Shown here one piece after another: positions 48,214 through 62,158 of a DNA stretch of 64,000 nucleotides. Each line of letters begins with the position of its first letter. Within the stretch, counting starts at the first letter, position 1. The translations under genes were made by a program, and so were the position numbers. The DNA comes from Balanoglossus misakiensis (Eukaryota > Animalia > Hemichordata): positions 7,319,129-7,383,128 of the forward strand of contig CM082576.2 in NCBI GenBank assembly GCA_040954595.2. The letters are read 5' to 3'. The notes beneath the pieces are model-generated. The model made no database searches. It was not told the DNA's origin and saw only the letters and a list, made by a program, of their open reading frames with translations.

Positions 48214-50445
48214 CTGTGGAAGTCAATATTTTTATAATAATATGGGTGTGGAATATCTTTATTTTTTAAAGTCAAGAAGGCATCAAAATAATTGATGCTG
48301 TATTTGATATATATCTGCGTAATCTCTCAATAAAACAAAGTGTTGATCACTTTTGATACAAGACCAGCCAATTCTTGGGGAATGTTTGTGTGTGATTGGT
48401 AAACATTGTTTACTGCAGATTTTTCACAGCATTGGTTTTATACTTCTTTGACAAACTAAACTGGACACTTGTCTGGCAAAACGAGACGCATTCAGAAGAC
48501 ACCGTATAATATTTCGGCAAACTTTAGCCAGGTACAACTGGACCTCAAGCACAAAGTAGACTGTCAGATCAGAATCAGCTGTGCTAACAACCGTAACCTG
48601 ATACACTGCTATTTCATCCCGGTAGGAAGTGCACACAGGGGGGCTTTTGTATGGGCATAAAGCGGAATTACTGAAATAGTACGCTGGCTTCCTCCGAAGG
48701 TTTCGGCTTGGTTTCCCAGGACAAGGTCAGTAACAGGCGAGATTTTGGTTTGGTCTGGTAATCGGATTCTGTTTCCCTTGTGTGGAGTAATTAAGCTGGT
48801 GCTGACAGCTTTCACCGGAGTTTGCTAGAATGACTTCTTTTATTGGAGAAATTTCCCAAATGTGTGCATCTGTGACAATTAAGGCTAGACAGGTAGCTAT
48901 TGGCCAGAAATGCCAAAAAGGTTGTTGAACTTGTTCTTGTTTGTGAACATAACTATCTCTCTCCATATGGTTTTCATTTCTCTTGGTGTGAGAAACACAC
49001 AAAAAATTGTCCCATTTTTAGAAAACAATAATACCAAAGTGATCCCTTGTAATCTCCATTTATTCTTATAAATCTCATACCAATGTTCAATATTCAGTGG
49101 AATGTAACACCTTGGTCTCCAATACATGCATGTAATATAAATAACATTTGCCTCCCAGCTCCACATATCAAAACATCCTACATAGGGATCATGCCTGTGT
49201 GTCTCATTAATGTACCAAACTTTTGAGCTGCTGAAAGAAAATACTGTAAATATACAAGAGGTGAGCATGCATGAAAGTGGAAGGGTTACAGGCTGACTCA
49301 AAGACACTTTGAGTAGCTCCTTTCATATAAATACCTACAAAAAACGTGATACTACTATTCAATTGCACTTCGGAAATAGAGTCTGAGTGTACTATAATTA
49401 TTTATATGATTTTAAATGCATTTTTTAATTATGATTTGAAATCATTGAATCATTGGAAAAATAAAGACTGCTAATCTTTTGGTATCCTTCAAACAGGTTA
49501 CTGCTGTAACCGTGCCCATGCTCTGGAAGTGAAGGTCGTGTGACCTTCATGGTTGGCTTTGGGAACTACGCATGGTTGACACTGTATTGTCAAAAAGGGC
49601 GTGGGGGTCACAGATGAATGAACTACTGCAGATTGAAATGTGTAAAACCGTCTGGCACAATCCTTAAGACGGTTGAGGAAAAAAAAGTCTGATTGGACTA
49701 ATGCCACTTGAAAGTATACTATGTGCGCTTCTACAGAAGAAAAAAACATGCAATATAAACCCCAGAAATAAATACATTAAAAAAAAAGAATAAATAGGAG
49801 TAAAAAGAATGAATAAATAAATAAAAGTAGCTTTTGTAGCTGGTTTCATGCAAATCAGGTTTCCTGTAAGCTGAGTGAGCCGAAATTTGTGTTACTGCAA
49901 CAGCGTGGCCATATATCCTTTGAAAATTAAAGAAAATTTACACCATTCTTGTAAACATTACACCAGTTCCATTGTAGGACTCAGAAGTGCTATGCTTTTG
50001 CCATCACTGTCCAACATGCAGTAAAATCTGGTTCAGATATCCAAGTCAAGAGTTGTTGATTTTATACGCACAGAAATTTGCCAACAGGTTGTTGACAGTT
50101 TGCCAGGATATGTCTAAACAACACTCGGCCATTTGGAACGTTGTTTTGGTGAGATTGGTCAGTCTGTGCTCCTCAAAGAGAAAAACTGGCAAGAACTTTT
50201 GTTGACAGGTGGCTAGAACTGGGAATCAAGTTTCAATGGCGTGGACAGTACACAAAGTATAAGCTTTGCGTGATGTAATATCAAGAACCTCCTAACACAA
50301 AGACGTACATTGCACCAACAGAGGATACAGCAATAACAGGAAATGGCACTCTGAGTCATAGCTGACCGCATGCACTAATTTTACACACTCATATCGCCAC
50401 AAACAGGTAAATGGCTGCAGGGGCAGGATTTCAGTTTAGTATCTC

Positions 50446-50538
50446 TTAACCCTTTCACCCCCAGTTCCCGTAATAGAGGTCCAGCCTTACCATATAAAAC
50501 AATGGGTTTAGACTGAACCATGGCGGTGAAAGGGATAA
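50446..50538. mobile_element. piggyBac-type MITE, copy 3
   Basis: TTAACCCTTTCACC ... GGTGAAAGGGATAA ends, with an interior collinear with copy 1. Confidence 0.8.
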
Positions 50539-50909
50539 CAAGAAGGTAACACACATGTACATGTCTCATGCAAGTACATCATATTCCACTAAATACTGCA
50601 GTGAAAATCCTGCCTTGGATACGCTAATTTCTGTGCCAGTTCAGTAAAATAACACTGCAGTTAGGAAAAAAACAGTTAAAAAATTCCACCCATTATCATG
50701 CAAAAAAAGAAGAGTTGCAGAAGACCTTCAACAATGACAAATGTGGGTTAAAGTGTGTCTCCCTTCAATCAACGTTTCTGAAGAAACATGTACGTGTGTC
50801 TGCAAAAATTTGTGTCCACCCATTTAATTACTTCTCTATACATTAGCGGGAAAGTTCAAGTGTATATAAAATAGACTGCTGGTGGAATAGTTGCTTGTGA
50901 TACTGTGGA

Positions 50910-53900
50910 TCATTGCGGTTCTGCCTCTGGGATTAGCTGTTTCAGCGTTCTATGAAGAACAGTCAGGGAATCCTTGAGTCCAACTGGTAAATTGCTGGCT
51001 AACCACGTCTGCCGATATTGCTCGGAAATTCCCAACAATCTGGAAAAAGGAGAAGGGGCATAGTTAATATGAGATGTCACGTGTATATGGTTCAGAATAT
51101 TGATGGAATATCAAGACAGACGGACGGACGGGCGGACAGATGGATGGATGGATGGAAGCACTGACAGACGGAGGGCAATCTATTTGTCCCCCCCCCCCCA
51201 GACTTTGTGTGTGGGGACTAACTTGGGAGAGGGAACACATTGAAGTTTGCGACACGAAACTGGAAATTCTCCAGATTCAGTATGAAAGTTGAGAATGTTT
51301 GGATATCATCCAAAGTACCTGAATGTATCATTTTCTGAAAACTTCGACTCAAGTATCAGGAAGAGGCAGTGAACCATCATCAATCATCATACACCATTCA
51401 CATCAAGACAACAAATAACTATCAATTTACATGATGACTAACGTACACAGAAACGTTCCTATCTTTCTGCATTGGTGGGTGGTGAGTGGGAGGGGGTATT
51501 GTACCAACTTCTAGTAAACAAAAATATCGACGATCTGACGAGACCAAACAAACAGTGCCACCACAGGCCAGGATTTTGGTATGCCCTGGTTCTGTTGGTT
51601 TAAGCGAGCTGGCCCAATCATGTACAAAGCATCTTTGAACCAAACCATGACAGCATGACCTTCATACAAAGTCATCCCTCTACTCACTTGTTTGCGATAT
51701 CTGTCCGCGTAGTGGCCGACAAGTTTGCCAAGCCCACGTTAATGACAGGCAGGCCGGTGCCGGACTTGACAGGATTCTGGCCAGCTAACACCAGTGATCT
51801 GACAATCCTGTAAACAACAAACAACGAGTTACTCATAAACATTGAGTGCTAAACACCTGGCCAACTTTTTTCATGGATGAAAAATATGACACTGAAACCG
51901 GCAGAGGAATTTTAACAAACAAGAAGCTCGAGTTGCACTTACTTGCAGGTGAGTAGCAACAGATCAGTTGTGACTTGTAACTCTGCCAAGATGAGACTAT
52001 TATGGGTTGTTTTCACCGCTTTGCTAAGTACATTTTGACATCGCCTGGCATGCAGTAATGTTTTCTGGGGAAAATCAATAATCAAGGCTTATGTTTTGTG
52101 CATTCACGTGGGAGTGTGTCTTTGCATATGTGGTTGCCCGATTCAGAGTGGTGTGAGGTGTACTAGCGCCATCTATGGCAAAAGTCTGCTAACCTGTACA
52201 ATTTCAGGAGTCAATTTGTCCACACTGACTTCATCTGGTCTGGTCAGAATCTGATAAAATAGGGAGCCCTCATCAGGCGGAAGGTCAGCACTGTCAGTCC
52301 CACTTTGACCTCTTGATGACCTAATTAGGAAAGTCTCTGCTCGGCCAACCTCTATGGTGACTTGGCCAATCACCGAGGTACTATCCAGGTACACGTGTCT
52401 GTTGATCAGCTCAGGAAGGTTTGAATGGATGAAATCCTGAAAAAGGATAATGAAAGATCAGTATGCAATGATAGAATGGATAAATTAAACAGCTTTGAAA
52501 TATTAATGATCAACAGTTTCCCCTGACACGAGGATGGCTCACCCAATGTGTGGTATGGTTCCAAGACAACCCAGCAGCACAGATGTAACCAGGCCAACTG
52601 ACTGGCTGGTGACACAGGCAGCCCTTCCCTGCCCAGTCGGTCAGCAGCAAGCCCATTGCATCATAGGATTGGGAGCACTGCACGGCACGGAATATATTCC
52701 TGATGGCCGCTTCCGGACAACCACCAATACTGCAGAGGCAAAACCAAAGGAATGTTGAAAGAATACAATGTAGTGTGTCTTTCTTGGAATGTGGCAGCTA
52801 CAGTGCATAGCATGTTTATTTCCATACCTGACACCCTGACACTGACGGGCAAGACACACAAAATGACCTGACCAAGCTTCTTACCTGCTCCATGCTGCAG
52901 TCCCAGGACAGACAAACATTCCAATACTGTGGAAAAAATAGAAAACATTAAACACAGTATTACACAACTTTGTAGTTTCTTGAAGTGCAAGATTTATGAC
53001 TAAGAGGTGCATTCATTTTCAAACAGTTTGTCACTGGGTAATTTTCAAGATTATGATGAGCAGCACATCTTTGAATTGACCAGAGCATATTTTCATTGCA
53101 GTGCAGTTGATTTTTTGCATGACATTACAGTACTTACCCGTTCTGTGACACTACTCTTCCAAACTCTTGAAAGTCATAGTCAGCCTGTTGTGAGAAATGT
53201 ACAAGATTCATTGGCATATACCATTTTCTGTCAGACTCTGATTTTATGACTTTTATCAGAGCATCCATGGCATAGATTGGCATATCATGTGTATTTAAAA
53301 AGGCTTTTCACAGCATCACAATTTTTTAAGGAATCTTATTGTTCAAATGTCTGTGGAGAATCGCATGACATAGCTGGGTCTCACACTACATCATCTCAGC
53401 ACCACAGAAGACAGTGCATCTTACTCTATCTGTGTTCATACAGGGCAGCATGAGACTGAAGCACACTGCCCATTAGGGAAACACAGAATGTTTCAGGTGA
53501 AAAGTGGACTGGTGATAGTTTTGTTAATCCTTGTTTGCCAGTGAAATAGCTTGACAGTCACTCCACTGCAATACATGTTAACCAAACTAATTCCAGTATC
53601 ATTGTAACAAGAAACTGAGAAGTTTAATTGTCAAAATTCACAGTGCCCCACTGCTTACCTTATTTCCATATTCCATCAACACAGTTCCCAGTGGCAACTC
53701 AGCCAAGTCATATTCTGTGTCATGCATGGCATTTGCATTCAACTGCACTGTCTGATGACTTTGAATTCCAAGCAGATTGATTTTGGCTTCCAGCGGTATC
53801 TCAGTGACATTGTTACCGATCAATGAATTGGATCCCAGAAGTAGTTTGGTCAGCGAGGCTCCAATACTAACAAAACTGCACCAGAAAGAAAAAAAAGATG

Positions 53901-56900
53901 TCAATATTTTTCAATTCAGTACAGAAATAAGTGAATACATCTGCAGCAGTTTTTGTAGAGTTTATAACAAAACCGCTAGATCCACACCAATGAAAAGTGC
54001 CAGGATTTAAGGTCATGCAGAGGTCATCAAAATGGCTGACATACTTTGCTGATGGGAACTGGGCGATGACGTGCTGCATCATCGTCAGCTGCTGTGGTTT
54101 CAAGGTTCCTTCTTCGGCAACATCAAGCTGTGGAATGACTGTGATGAATCTCCTCTGACAGTAAGTATCCAAGTCAAGCAACTCACTGTAAAAGACATCA
54201 GTACATGCATGTGTAAGAGGTGGTCTGAACCATGTTAGAAAAGTAAATCAAAATGGCTGCCAATCAGCCATATTGGATTTAGCCGCCCAACCAAATGTGA
54301 GCAGAAGATCAGTACAAGCGTATGGGATTGCAGACAGATGAAAAGCAAATATACTATGTAAGCCTTGTTTATTTTATTCATAAACTATTTTGATACATAA
54401 ATGCAAAACTTAATCTTAATGTAGCATTGACATTTCATACAATGAGTGATGGTAAATAGTTACTGCAGTGATGCACATTTATTAAAGCAAGTTCCTAATG
54501 TAAGAAATTTACCTTGAATTATATGGCAATGTGGTTTGGAGATCTTCACTTCCAACCTTTATGTACAAATGTAACTGGTGATAAATGGAATGATGGGAAG
54601 ATACGTCAATAACCAAATTAGAGTTTAATAGTTCAGAAAACTACACTAGTAAATGAAAATTTTCCTCTAAGCTTGGTAATAGTGGATCCTTACCTGGTTT
54701 ACTTTAAGTAGAGTCAAACTATCAACAAGGTTTAGTAAATGATCCTGAAATAAGAAGGATAATAAGGTCAGAGGATGCGGATGAGACCAAGTTGGTGACC
54801 TGTGATGACCTATGGTGGTGACCCAAGATGACCTAAGGTATGGCATTCCATATTGAATTGTCAAACACATGATAAAAAAAATTGTGATCTCACCATTTTT
54901 AATATTCTTCCGTAAGACAGATCAAGCATTATTCCTCTGTACTGCATATCAGGCCAGTCATTAATCTACAAAGTAAGACAAACATACAATAAATCTGAAA
55001 CAAATAATGATACACTGTACACCTGGTCTATAATTGGTCAAATCAATGCCACCTGGTGTGAATCATTATTTATCCTGACTTGCACAAGCAGTGCCTGACT
55101 GGGTAGCATTTCCAACTGTTACCTGGAAATTATCGGCACATGTGTGTGTGCATGGAGACCATATCAATGTTATACTGACCTGAACCTGTGGTATGCCATC
55201 ATCTTTACAAAGCCTGAACAGTTGAGTCAGTGTACACAATGAAAACCATAAACCATTCAAATCTGCGGCGACGATTGTAATCTGATGGTACATGTAGATA
55301 GTAAAAAAACATCCAAACATTACAGTTTGTAAATGTCCCCAAAACTTGTTGGAGTTGTAAAATAAATCTTACTCTGTCTAATCATATTCATGTTCTATAA
55401 ACAGAACTGTATTCAAATACTCACAGAAGATGGATATACCCCACTATGTTATGGCTATGGTTGCTACAAATATTGATAGACAATTTGATAATAGATAAAT
55501 GGAATAGATAATTGTCACAAAATAAAAGACTTTATCTCAGGATACCAACCTTCCTTTCAGATACAGTTATTTTGTAACTGCCCATCCGCGCAAACTGTCG
55601 ACTGTTCACTTGACAGACAATGTCTGGGGACTGTTGCTTTGATATGATGCTGGCGGTTTCTATAAGGTACTGGTATTCCATGTCTTCTAAGATATCGCCA
55701 TGGCTACTCCAGATGTCAAGGATATCTTGTACTGAGACTGTAAGAAATGTCAGACAAACGAAGGTTGAACAAGATGGGGTAAATTTATCTTAGTTTTGAC
55801 TTCTAACAATTCGTCCATTTCTGAAGGAAAAAAAACCTTTGAAATACTAATGATATCTCATTGTGTGGGAATATTAGGAAAGGAGCAAACATTTATCAAT
55901 AATGATATGTTGTGACACAACAAATTACTTGACAATAATAACAGCCCAATCTTTGAACTAACCTTTGTCGGGTCCAGAGGCAATCTGTATCCTAAGTAGT
56001 TGATTTGGGTGGTACGGATTGCCCTGCGTCTGCACAATCCTTTGTGGCTGCGGCCAGAGTAGATGCAGTCTGTTGTCCGTCACCAGGGTGGCTGGAGGTT
56101 GCCTGATATTGGTGTTTGTTAACATCTCAGTCAGCTGTGGAAGAGGAAGACATCGTGAATGAAGCAAGGCTGCACTACAACCAGACTACTGCCACCACTC
56201 ATGTGGTGACGAGGCTAAAAGACATGAATTGTTCACCTGTGGGGTATAATTAACTCTGACCCAATTTAAGTAGCATTTATGAGCAGATGTGGGGTTAATT
56301 CTGTTAGTTTTTAACCTCCTGACTGCAGTAGTATATCAGATGAGCAAATGAGATTATGACCTTTGAAACAATCACATACTAGTCCGAAACTAACCTTTGC
56401 CACCAAAGCATTGGGTTCATTAAAGCTAGCTAGCATAGTATAACATGCAAAATCACCAGAGTCCAACACAACGACTCGAGACGTACCTTCTCAGACACAT
56501 GGTCTGATCCTGCGGGTGAAAGGGGAGCTGGTGGGCTTCCTGCTGCAGCCGTTTCCCCAACGTAGTTCATGTTGATTTTGGGTTCATTAAGCCTATCTGC
56601 ATGGCCATTGATTGCTGTAATACATGTAATAACAGTGTTTTGTTAAACTAATCTGGAGCACATTGATGATGATATAAGAACGTGTTTGCATGCCTGTTGA
56701 TGCAGGTCCATAAATTTCACCACGGCCCCAAAATTATACTTTTCAAACACAAATCAAGATCTTGCTACAACTCACTTCATGGAGTCTACATTTCAAAATG
56801 AGAAAAAAGCAACCCTCACCTTGGTTTACTTTATCGCTCACAACGTCACCGTTTGGCATCTTCACCTCCAAAAGTGGCATCTGCTCAAGAATCTGCAGCA

Positions 56901-59900
56901 GTTCTATTTTATCAGAAGCCAAGTCTGTTGCTGACATTCCGGCAAAACTTCTGCAAAATACAGAACAGGTTTGCTTATATTTTTTTCATCAGTGTAGCAT
57001 TATAGACAGTTCTTGGGAAGGATGACTTTACTTTTAAAAACCCTCTGCAAGATTTTCAGTCTGAAGATTAAACTTGTCTTGAGCAGCAATATATCACAAT
57101 ACTTGTATTATACAAGATAATTTGCATAAAATCCATAATTTTAAATGACAAAATGGAATTTCATGGGTAGTGCAAATGAATTAGGCTGAAGTGTTTTTCA
57201 GAAAAAAATGGAAAAAAATATCAAGAGAAATCACTTTTTTTTAAATTTATAATCATCTTCTCGTCCTTACCCTTTAGTGGCTTTGATGTCAATATTTGCC
57301 TTGTATTGCAGCAATATCTGCACAATGTCCTTGTCCCCACGTTGGACTGCATCATGTAGTGGTGTGACACCATCCGAATTAGGTTCATTCACTAAGGCAC
57401 CATTGTCTGGGGAACAAAACAGTTACATACAAACTGAACAGCTGTGATCTGCCATCAGCAGAACAGATTTCGATTTTTTGTTCTCTCTTATGTATCAGCA
57501 TTATTAATTTTCCCCCAAACAAGTTTGGAGAAAATCCTTTATGTGCAACAGCAGGTTTTGGTATAAAATGCTATGGAAAGTGTTATATGAAATAAGAGAT
57601 TTACTTTAGAGTAGGAGTAAGCCATTTCTTTCCTAATCCAAAAGATATGAAACATTAACACACACAATCAATACAGATCTTACAGCAATGCTGTTTATAT
57701 GATTTACCTCAAAAGGTGCAGCTTTTTCAATGATGGTGGGTGTGTTTTGCGAGACCATTGAAGTTTCTATAAACAGCAGTCAATGCTGTGGCCATAGAAA
57801 TGATGTGAGGTTTCCTAAAGACTTATTTGTCAACTTTAATACAACGACACCAAGCCATTGGTTTCAGCCACAACTAATAAAGCAAGATAGCTGACTGTCA
57901 GCCGAGATCGCATCACTGAAGACACAAAATGTAACCTTGTGATCTCGTCTCACCTAGCAAACACTTTGTAATTTCTTTGTTTCCGTAAGAGGCAGCCCAG
58001 TGTAGTGGCGTATTGGAAGACTTGGCCCCATCCTTGACGTTCACTGTGACTCCAGCTGCGATCATCTGATTCACCGCAGTGATGCTAGATTAGGACAGGA
58101 CAAAAAATAGCATCAATGGAATGTTTGCAACAATGTAACTAAATTATATGTTCTCACTGTTCCCACTGAGTGGAAAATCACTGATAACTAGCAATCTGCC
58201 TGACATTACTCAAATATTGTGATTAATCATATGAAAACTCAGGTACCGATACTCAGTGACTGTATCATCACTATAGCTACATGTACCGGGTGAAGACTAC
58301 AGATCCAGCATATTGATATTCTGGACGTTCTCTGGCTTAGTTTAATATGTCACGAGCACCTGACATAAAATTTCAACAAAAACACAAAATGACAAAAGCT
58401 ACGCAGCTGAGGGCAGTCTGAGGCAACATAGACTAATCCTTGTCTTAAGCCGCTGCAGCAGCATGTGTGCATGTATAACCCTGTGAACTGCGCACTGTGG
58501 AGAGAGAGATCATGTACTTTCTGTTGGAGTATTAACATTTAAAATACATGATGGCATTTTGCAGAGATCATGGGGATACGGGCAAAGAGGGAATGGTATG
58601 AAAAAAAAAACATCTTCCATAATAATAAGTATTTTAGTTTCACTGTCTGTATTCAGATTTGTTTGGTTCCAGCCATTTATTTGCATTAGCCACGTGTGTC
58701 AGCTTGAACTGTTTTCCTTTTACATAATAAAATAATTCTATTGCCATTGTAATTATAGTAATCATAATTTGTATCTCACTGTCCAGCACATTCCCAAAAT
58801 GACTCGCTCTCAAAGCCCTTGCCGGGAGAGAAACAGGCACGTAGCACACAGATAACATAACATTTTTCCAGCTTGTCCGTATAAATAAAAATGTGCTTAC
58901 TCTGATTTGGCGACAGCTTGCAGGAGTACATCATGGTAGACACTGATCACTTGCATGCTCTGTGCAACATCGTAGGCTGTGTCCCCTTGGTTGTCCTTGA
59001 TGCTGGGATCTGCACCTGCCGCTAGTAATGCCCTGGCCACATCAGCGTGCCCTTGCTGGTAGAAAAAGTCCAAAGAAAAAGACAGTAAAACTCAAATTGC
59101 CAAACTGATGGCAGGCCTCGATAATTCCTATCGCCCGACGCCCGTGGCAAGTGTATTTTTAGCCCGGACAAGTGAAAAATAAAAGTCTTTTGTCCGACGG
59201 GCAAGTGACCTTTACCCTGTACTAAACGTGCGAGATCGTGGTTTACACCATGGTGATTACTTGTACCGTCTGCCAAGTACAATGGATGACCTTACGACCT
59301 TTATCTACAAAGTTGCAAACTTAGTTTACGGACGCGGACGCGTTTGACTTAGATACATTTTAGTTTTTACCTACAACATTGTAACATGCTGATGGCCTAT
59401 GAGACTAGGGCCTATGCTTAAACAGCTGCTTCTGAAACCATGCTGAAACTGACTGATCGCCACCATAGGTATCAGCAGTCCTAGGTTTTGTTGAAAAGAC
59501 ATCTTCTGATGGGAGTTTCAATATAGATTTCACTGCATATTTCTGGATTTAGACTGGGTTAAGACAGTATTATTCCTATTGCATGCTTACATCAAAGGGT
59601 CACTCACATGCCCATTCAAGGAGGGGCATTTTATTTTTCAATTCAAATATGTCATATTGCCACTTTTTAGCTTGGAAATTCTTATGAATTTTTCAAAGGC
59701 CAATATTGCAGTATTGCACATGCACGCCGAAATACACATACTGTATGGATATGAAAAAATTGTCAAATTGAAGGGCAAGTGTAATTTTCTGAAGGACAAG
59801 TGAAATTGTAAAGTCACTTGCCCTGTGGCAAGTGAATTTGTGAAAAAATTTTCGAGGCCTGCTGATGACCTTTCGTATCTGGTGAATGTTCAAAACATTT

Positions 59901-60913
59901 ATGAATATCAGCGATGTTTGAAGAGTGAGATTTGTCTGCCAGTTGAAGTATTACCCTTTTTGTGAGTGTGAATGAATAGTGGGGATTACCATCAATATAA
60001 AATTTGATTGTGACTAAATTTTTCACTCCCACCTGTGATATTTCAGAATGGATCATTGACAGATTTCAAGCTACAAGTATTCAATAATTTTGAACAGATA
60101 AATTCAACCAATGAACCAGGAAATTGATACATTCGTGTAGCTACCACCAGCCCCCGTCAGCGATCAACCAACCCACTAGGGCTACAATTATTGCAGCTAG
60201 AATCAGACATGCATTGTCATGATAAAACAAATAACTCATGAAGTAAAAGGGCACACTTGTCAAATGATATTTATTACCTTGGATGCTAGATGCAATGCTG
60301 TTCCATAGTCAGAACTGGTGTGGTTCAACACTTCAAGAACATTAATTTGTCCTTTGTCTTTTTCTTCACCTGAAAAAAATGACCATTAAACTAAAATGTT
60401 ATCTTTCCTTTTTCAAGCACAGTTTTTGAGGGTGTCACTTTCTCTATACATAAAATCTTCCTATTTCATTAATTGAAGTCAAAAGTATTTGAAAAAAACT
60501 AACTACATGTACTGCTGTGAAAACATACAAGCTCCATTACCAGTGTAACTTTTGCCAGATTTTTCAGTACTAGTATTTTTTTGTATTGAGTAACTATCAC
60601 GGGCTTCAATACGTCACATTACGTGGTACATGTACCTTCTGGCTTGGCACACACACAAAAAATATTTTCAAAGTGGAAACAGCAGCAATGACAATTGTCG
60701 AACACCGGGAATGAAAGAATGTGTAAACACATAAGAAAAGACGCAAGAAAAGAAAGTAAAGGAAACCGACATGAACACATAACAGTACATTTTGTGCTGT
60801 GATTTTGTTTACTTACATTCAGTTGCAGCCGAAATCAGTGAACGGACTATGTCAGTTCTTCCGTGGGCGACGGCCGCTCGTAGACTGTCGACAGCCTCTG
60901 TTATCATAGTCAT
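50910..60913 (-). CDS. Ankyrin-repeat + GH20 (beta-hexosaminidase-like) fusion protein, probably catalytically inactive (921 aa, 22 exons)
   Basis: Exons 60913-60817, 60369-60278, 59055-58901, 58084-57954, 57406-57271, 56950-56820, 56614-56487, 56134-55963, 55737-55550, 55281-55180, 54965-54894, 54744-54694, 54574-54513, 54185-54045, 53875-53659, 53184-53138, 52926-52885, 52729-52543, 52436-52194, 52064-51943, 51807-51688 and 51039-50910 total 2766 nt, all GT-AG, with no internal stop. Ankyrin motifs: GTALHLAS, NTPLHWAA, GVTPLHDAV. GH20 motifs: LLWPQPQ, YKITVS..ITIVA.DLNGLWF..TLTQL, INDWPDMQYRGIMLDLS, KVNQLHLY, VCPGTAAW, GLLLTDW. Confidence 0.88.
51114..51155. repeat. (GGAC/GGAT)n tetranucleotide microsatellite
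   Basis: Read directly: gacagacggacggacgggcggacagatggatggatggatgga. Confidence 0.8.
59112..59861. mobile_element. ~750-bp non-autonomous hAT-like DNA transposon in intron 2 of the ANK-GH20 gene
   Basis: TIRs CAGGCCTCGA ... TCGAGGCCTG, a flanking near-duplication CTGATGG(C)/CTGATGAC, and at least 7 subterminal G(G/A)CAAGTG motifs clustered at both ends. No transposase ORF. Confidence 0.75.
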
Positions 60914-61408
60914 GACTTCAACGGGTACGAGAACTAGTGTCCCAACAGTGGTGATTACATGAACGTGTACGTTAGGCACCGTAAACCGTCAGGTTTCACT
61001 TGTTTTAGCAACCACCCGGCTTCACGTTTCGTTTGCCGAGTTGGCAATGTTTTGGTCAAAGGTCACGGCGCATGACGTGTACGTGTGAACTAGCGGATCT
61101 CGACTTTTCACGTTGTCTTATGAATGAAAACGTAAAATTGGAAAATGTACATCCCGCATAAATCAAAAGCTTATATGTTTTCGCTTTTGTTGTCAATTTT
61201 CTCTCTTTCTGCGATTAAAATAGTGTCGAGTACGTTCTCAGCTCTCTGTCAGATCACCGGAAGTGGTGACCTGGGTCACTGTACATCACGAGCACAGCTG
61301 ACGATAAAACGTGTTGCGAAACAGCTGTGCTGGAGCTTCTTTTGTCGCTGGGTTCAACTCCTGAGGTCATAAACTATCAGAGTGATCATTTGGAGAGAAG
61401 AGGGAAGT
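60914..61408. promoter_or_regulatory. CpG-rich bidirectional promoter for ANK-GH20 and GLRX5
   Basis: The divergent ATGs are 496 bp apart. The interval holds an ETS/GABP-type CCGGAAGTG at 61257-61265 and several ACGT/TGACGT cores. Confidence 0.6.
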
Positions 61409-62158
61409 ATGAATGTCGTGCTGAGATTACCCCATGCCCTCAAAGGGCCCCAGATCGCACGTATTTTATCTCAGAGGTTGTACTGCGCAGCCAGTGCAAA
61501 TCCCATCAAAGACCGAATCCAGGAGATGGTCAAAAAGGACGATTTAGTTGTTTTCATGAAGGGAGTTCCTGACCAGCCCATGTGTGGTTTCAGCAATGCA
61601 GTTATACAGATTCTCAGAATGCACGGTGTCGACAAATTTGCAAGTTACAATGTGCTAGAAGATGAAGAACTAAGGCAAGGTGAGGACTGACAAATGACTG
61701 AAATTGATTGACCTCAAGGGGGCGCTAGTGACATCACCTTTCTTGGGATGAAACCGACTACCTGGTACCTTGCAAATTCAATGGACAATGCTAGGCGTTC
61801 TTTTCAGATCGAAATCTGAACATCCGTTCTTGAGATATCCTGTAAACAGACAGACAGACAGACACACAACGTACTATAACATTGCATCATGTGATGTGAT
61901 CCCATGAGGCAGTCATTCTAAATGGCCTGGAAGTTCATGTATCATGTCTCTTTTCCGATTGCAGGAGTAAAAGAATTCTCCAGCTGGCCGACAATACCTC
62001 AGATTTACATTGGCGGTGACTTCGTCGGAGGTTGCGACATCATGATACAGATGCACCAGGAGGGAGAACTGATTGAAGAACTCAAGAAAATTGGCATCAC
62101 ATCAGCGCTGCTTGAACAAGCAGCCGAGGAACAGTCTGGGCAAGATAAAAAAGAGTAA
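61409..62158 (+). CDS. GLRX5: Monothiol glutaredoxin-5, mitochondrial (154 aa, 2 exons)
   Basis: Exons 61409-61679 and 61965-62158. Motifs FMKG..PMCGFS, WPTIPQ and GGCDI, plus an Arg-rich transit-peptide-like N-terminus. Confidence 0.96.

Noticed and set aside
56135-56236. In-frame TAG suggesting a pseudogene or readthrough in ANK-GH20 exon 8
   Set aside because: A much better acceptor (TCTTCCTCTTCCACAG, exon start 56134) is in the correct phase and leaves the stop in the intron.
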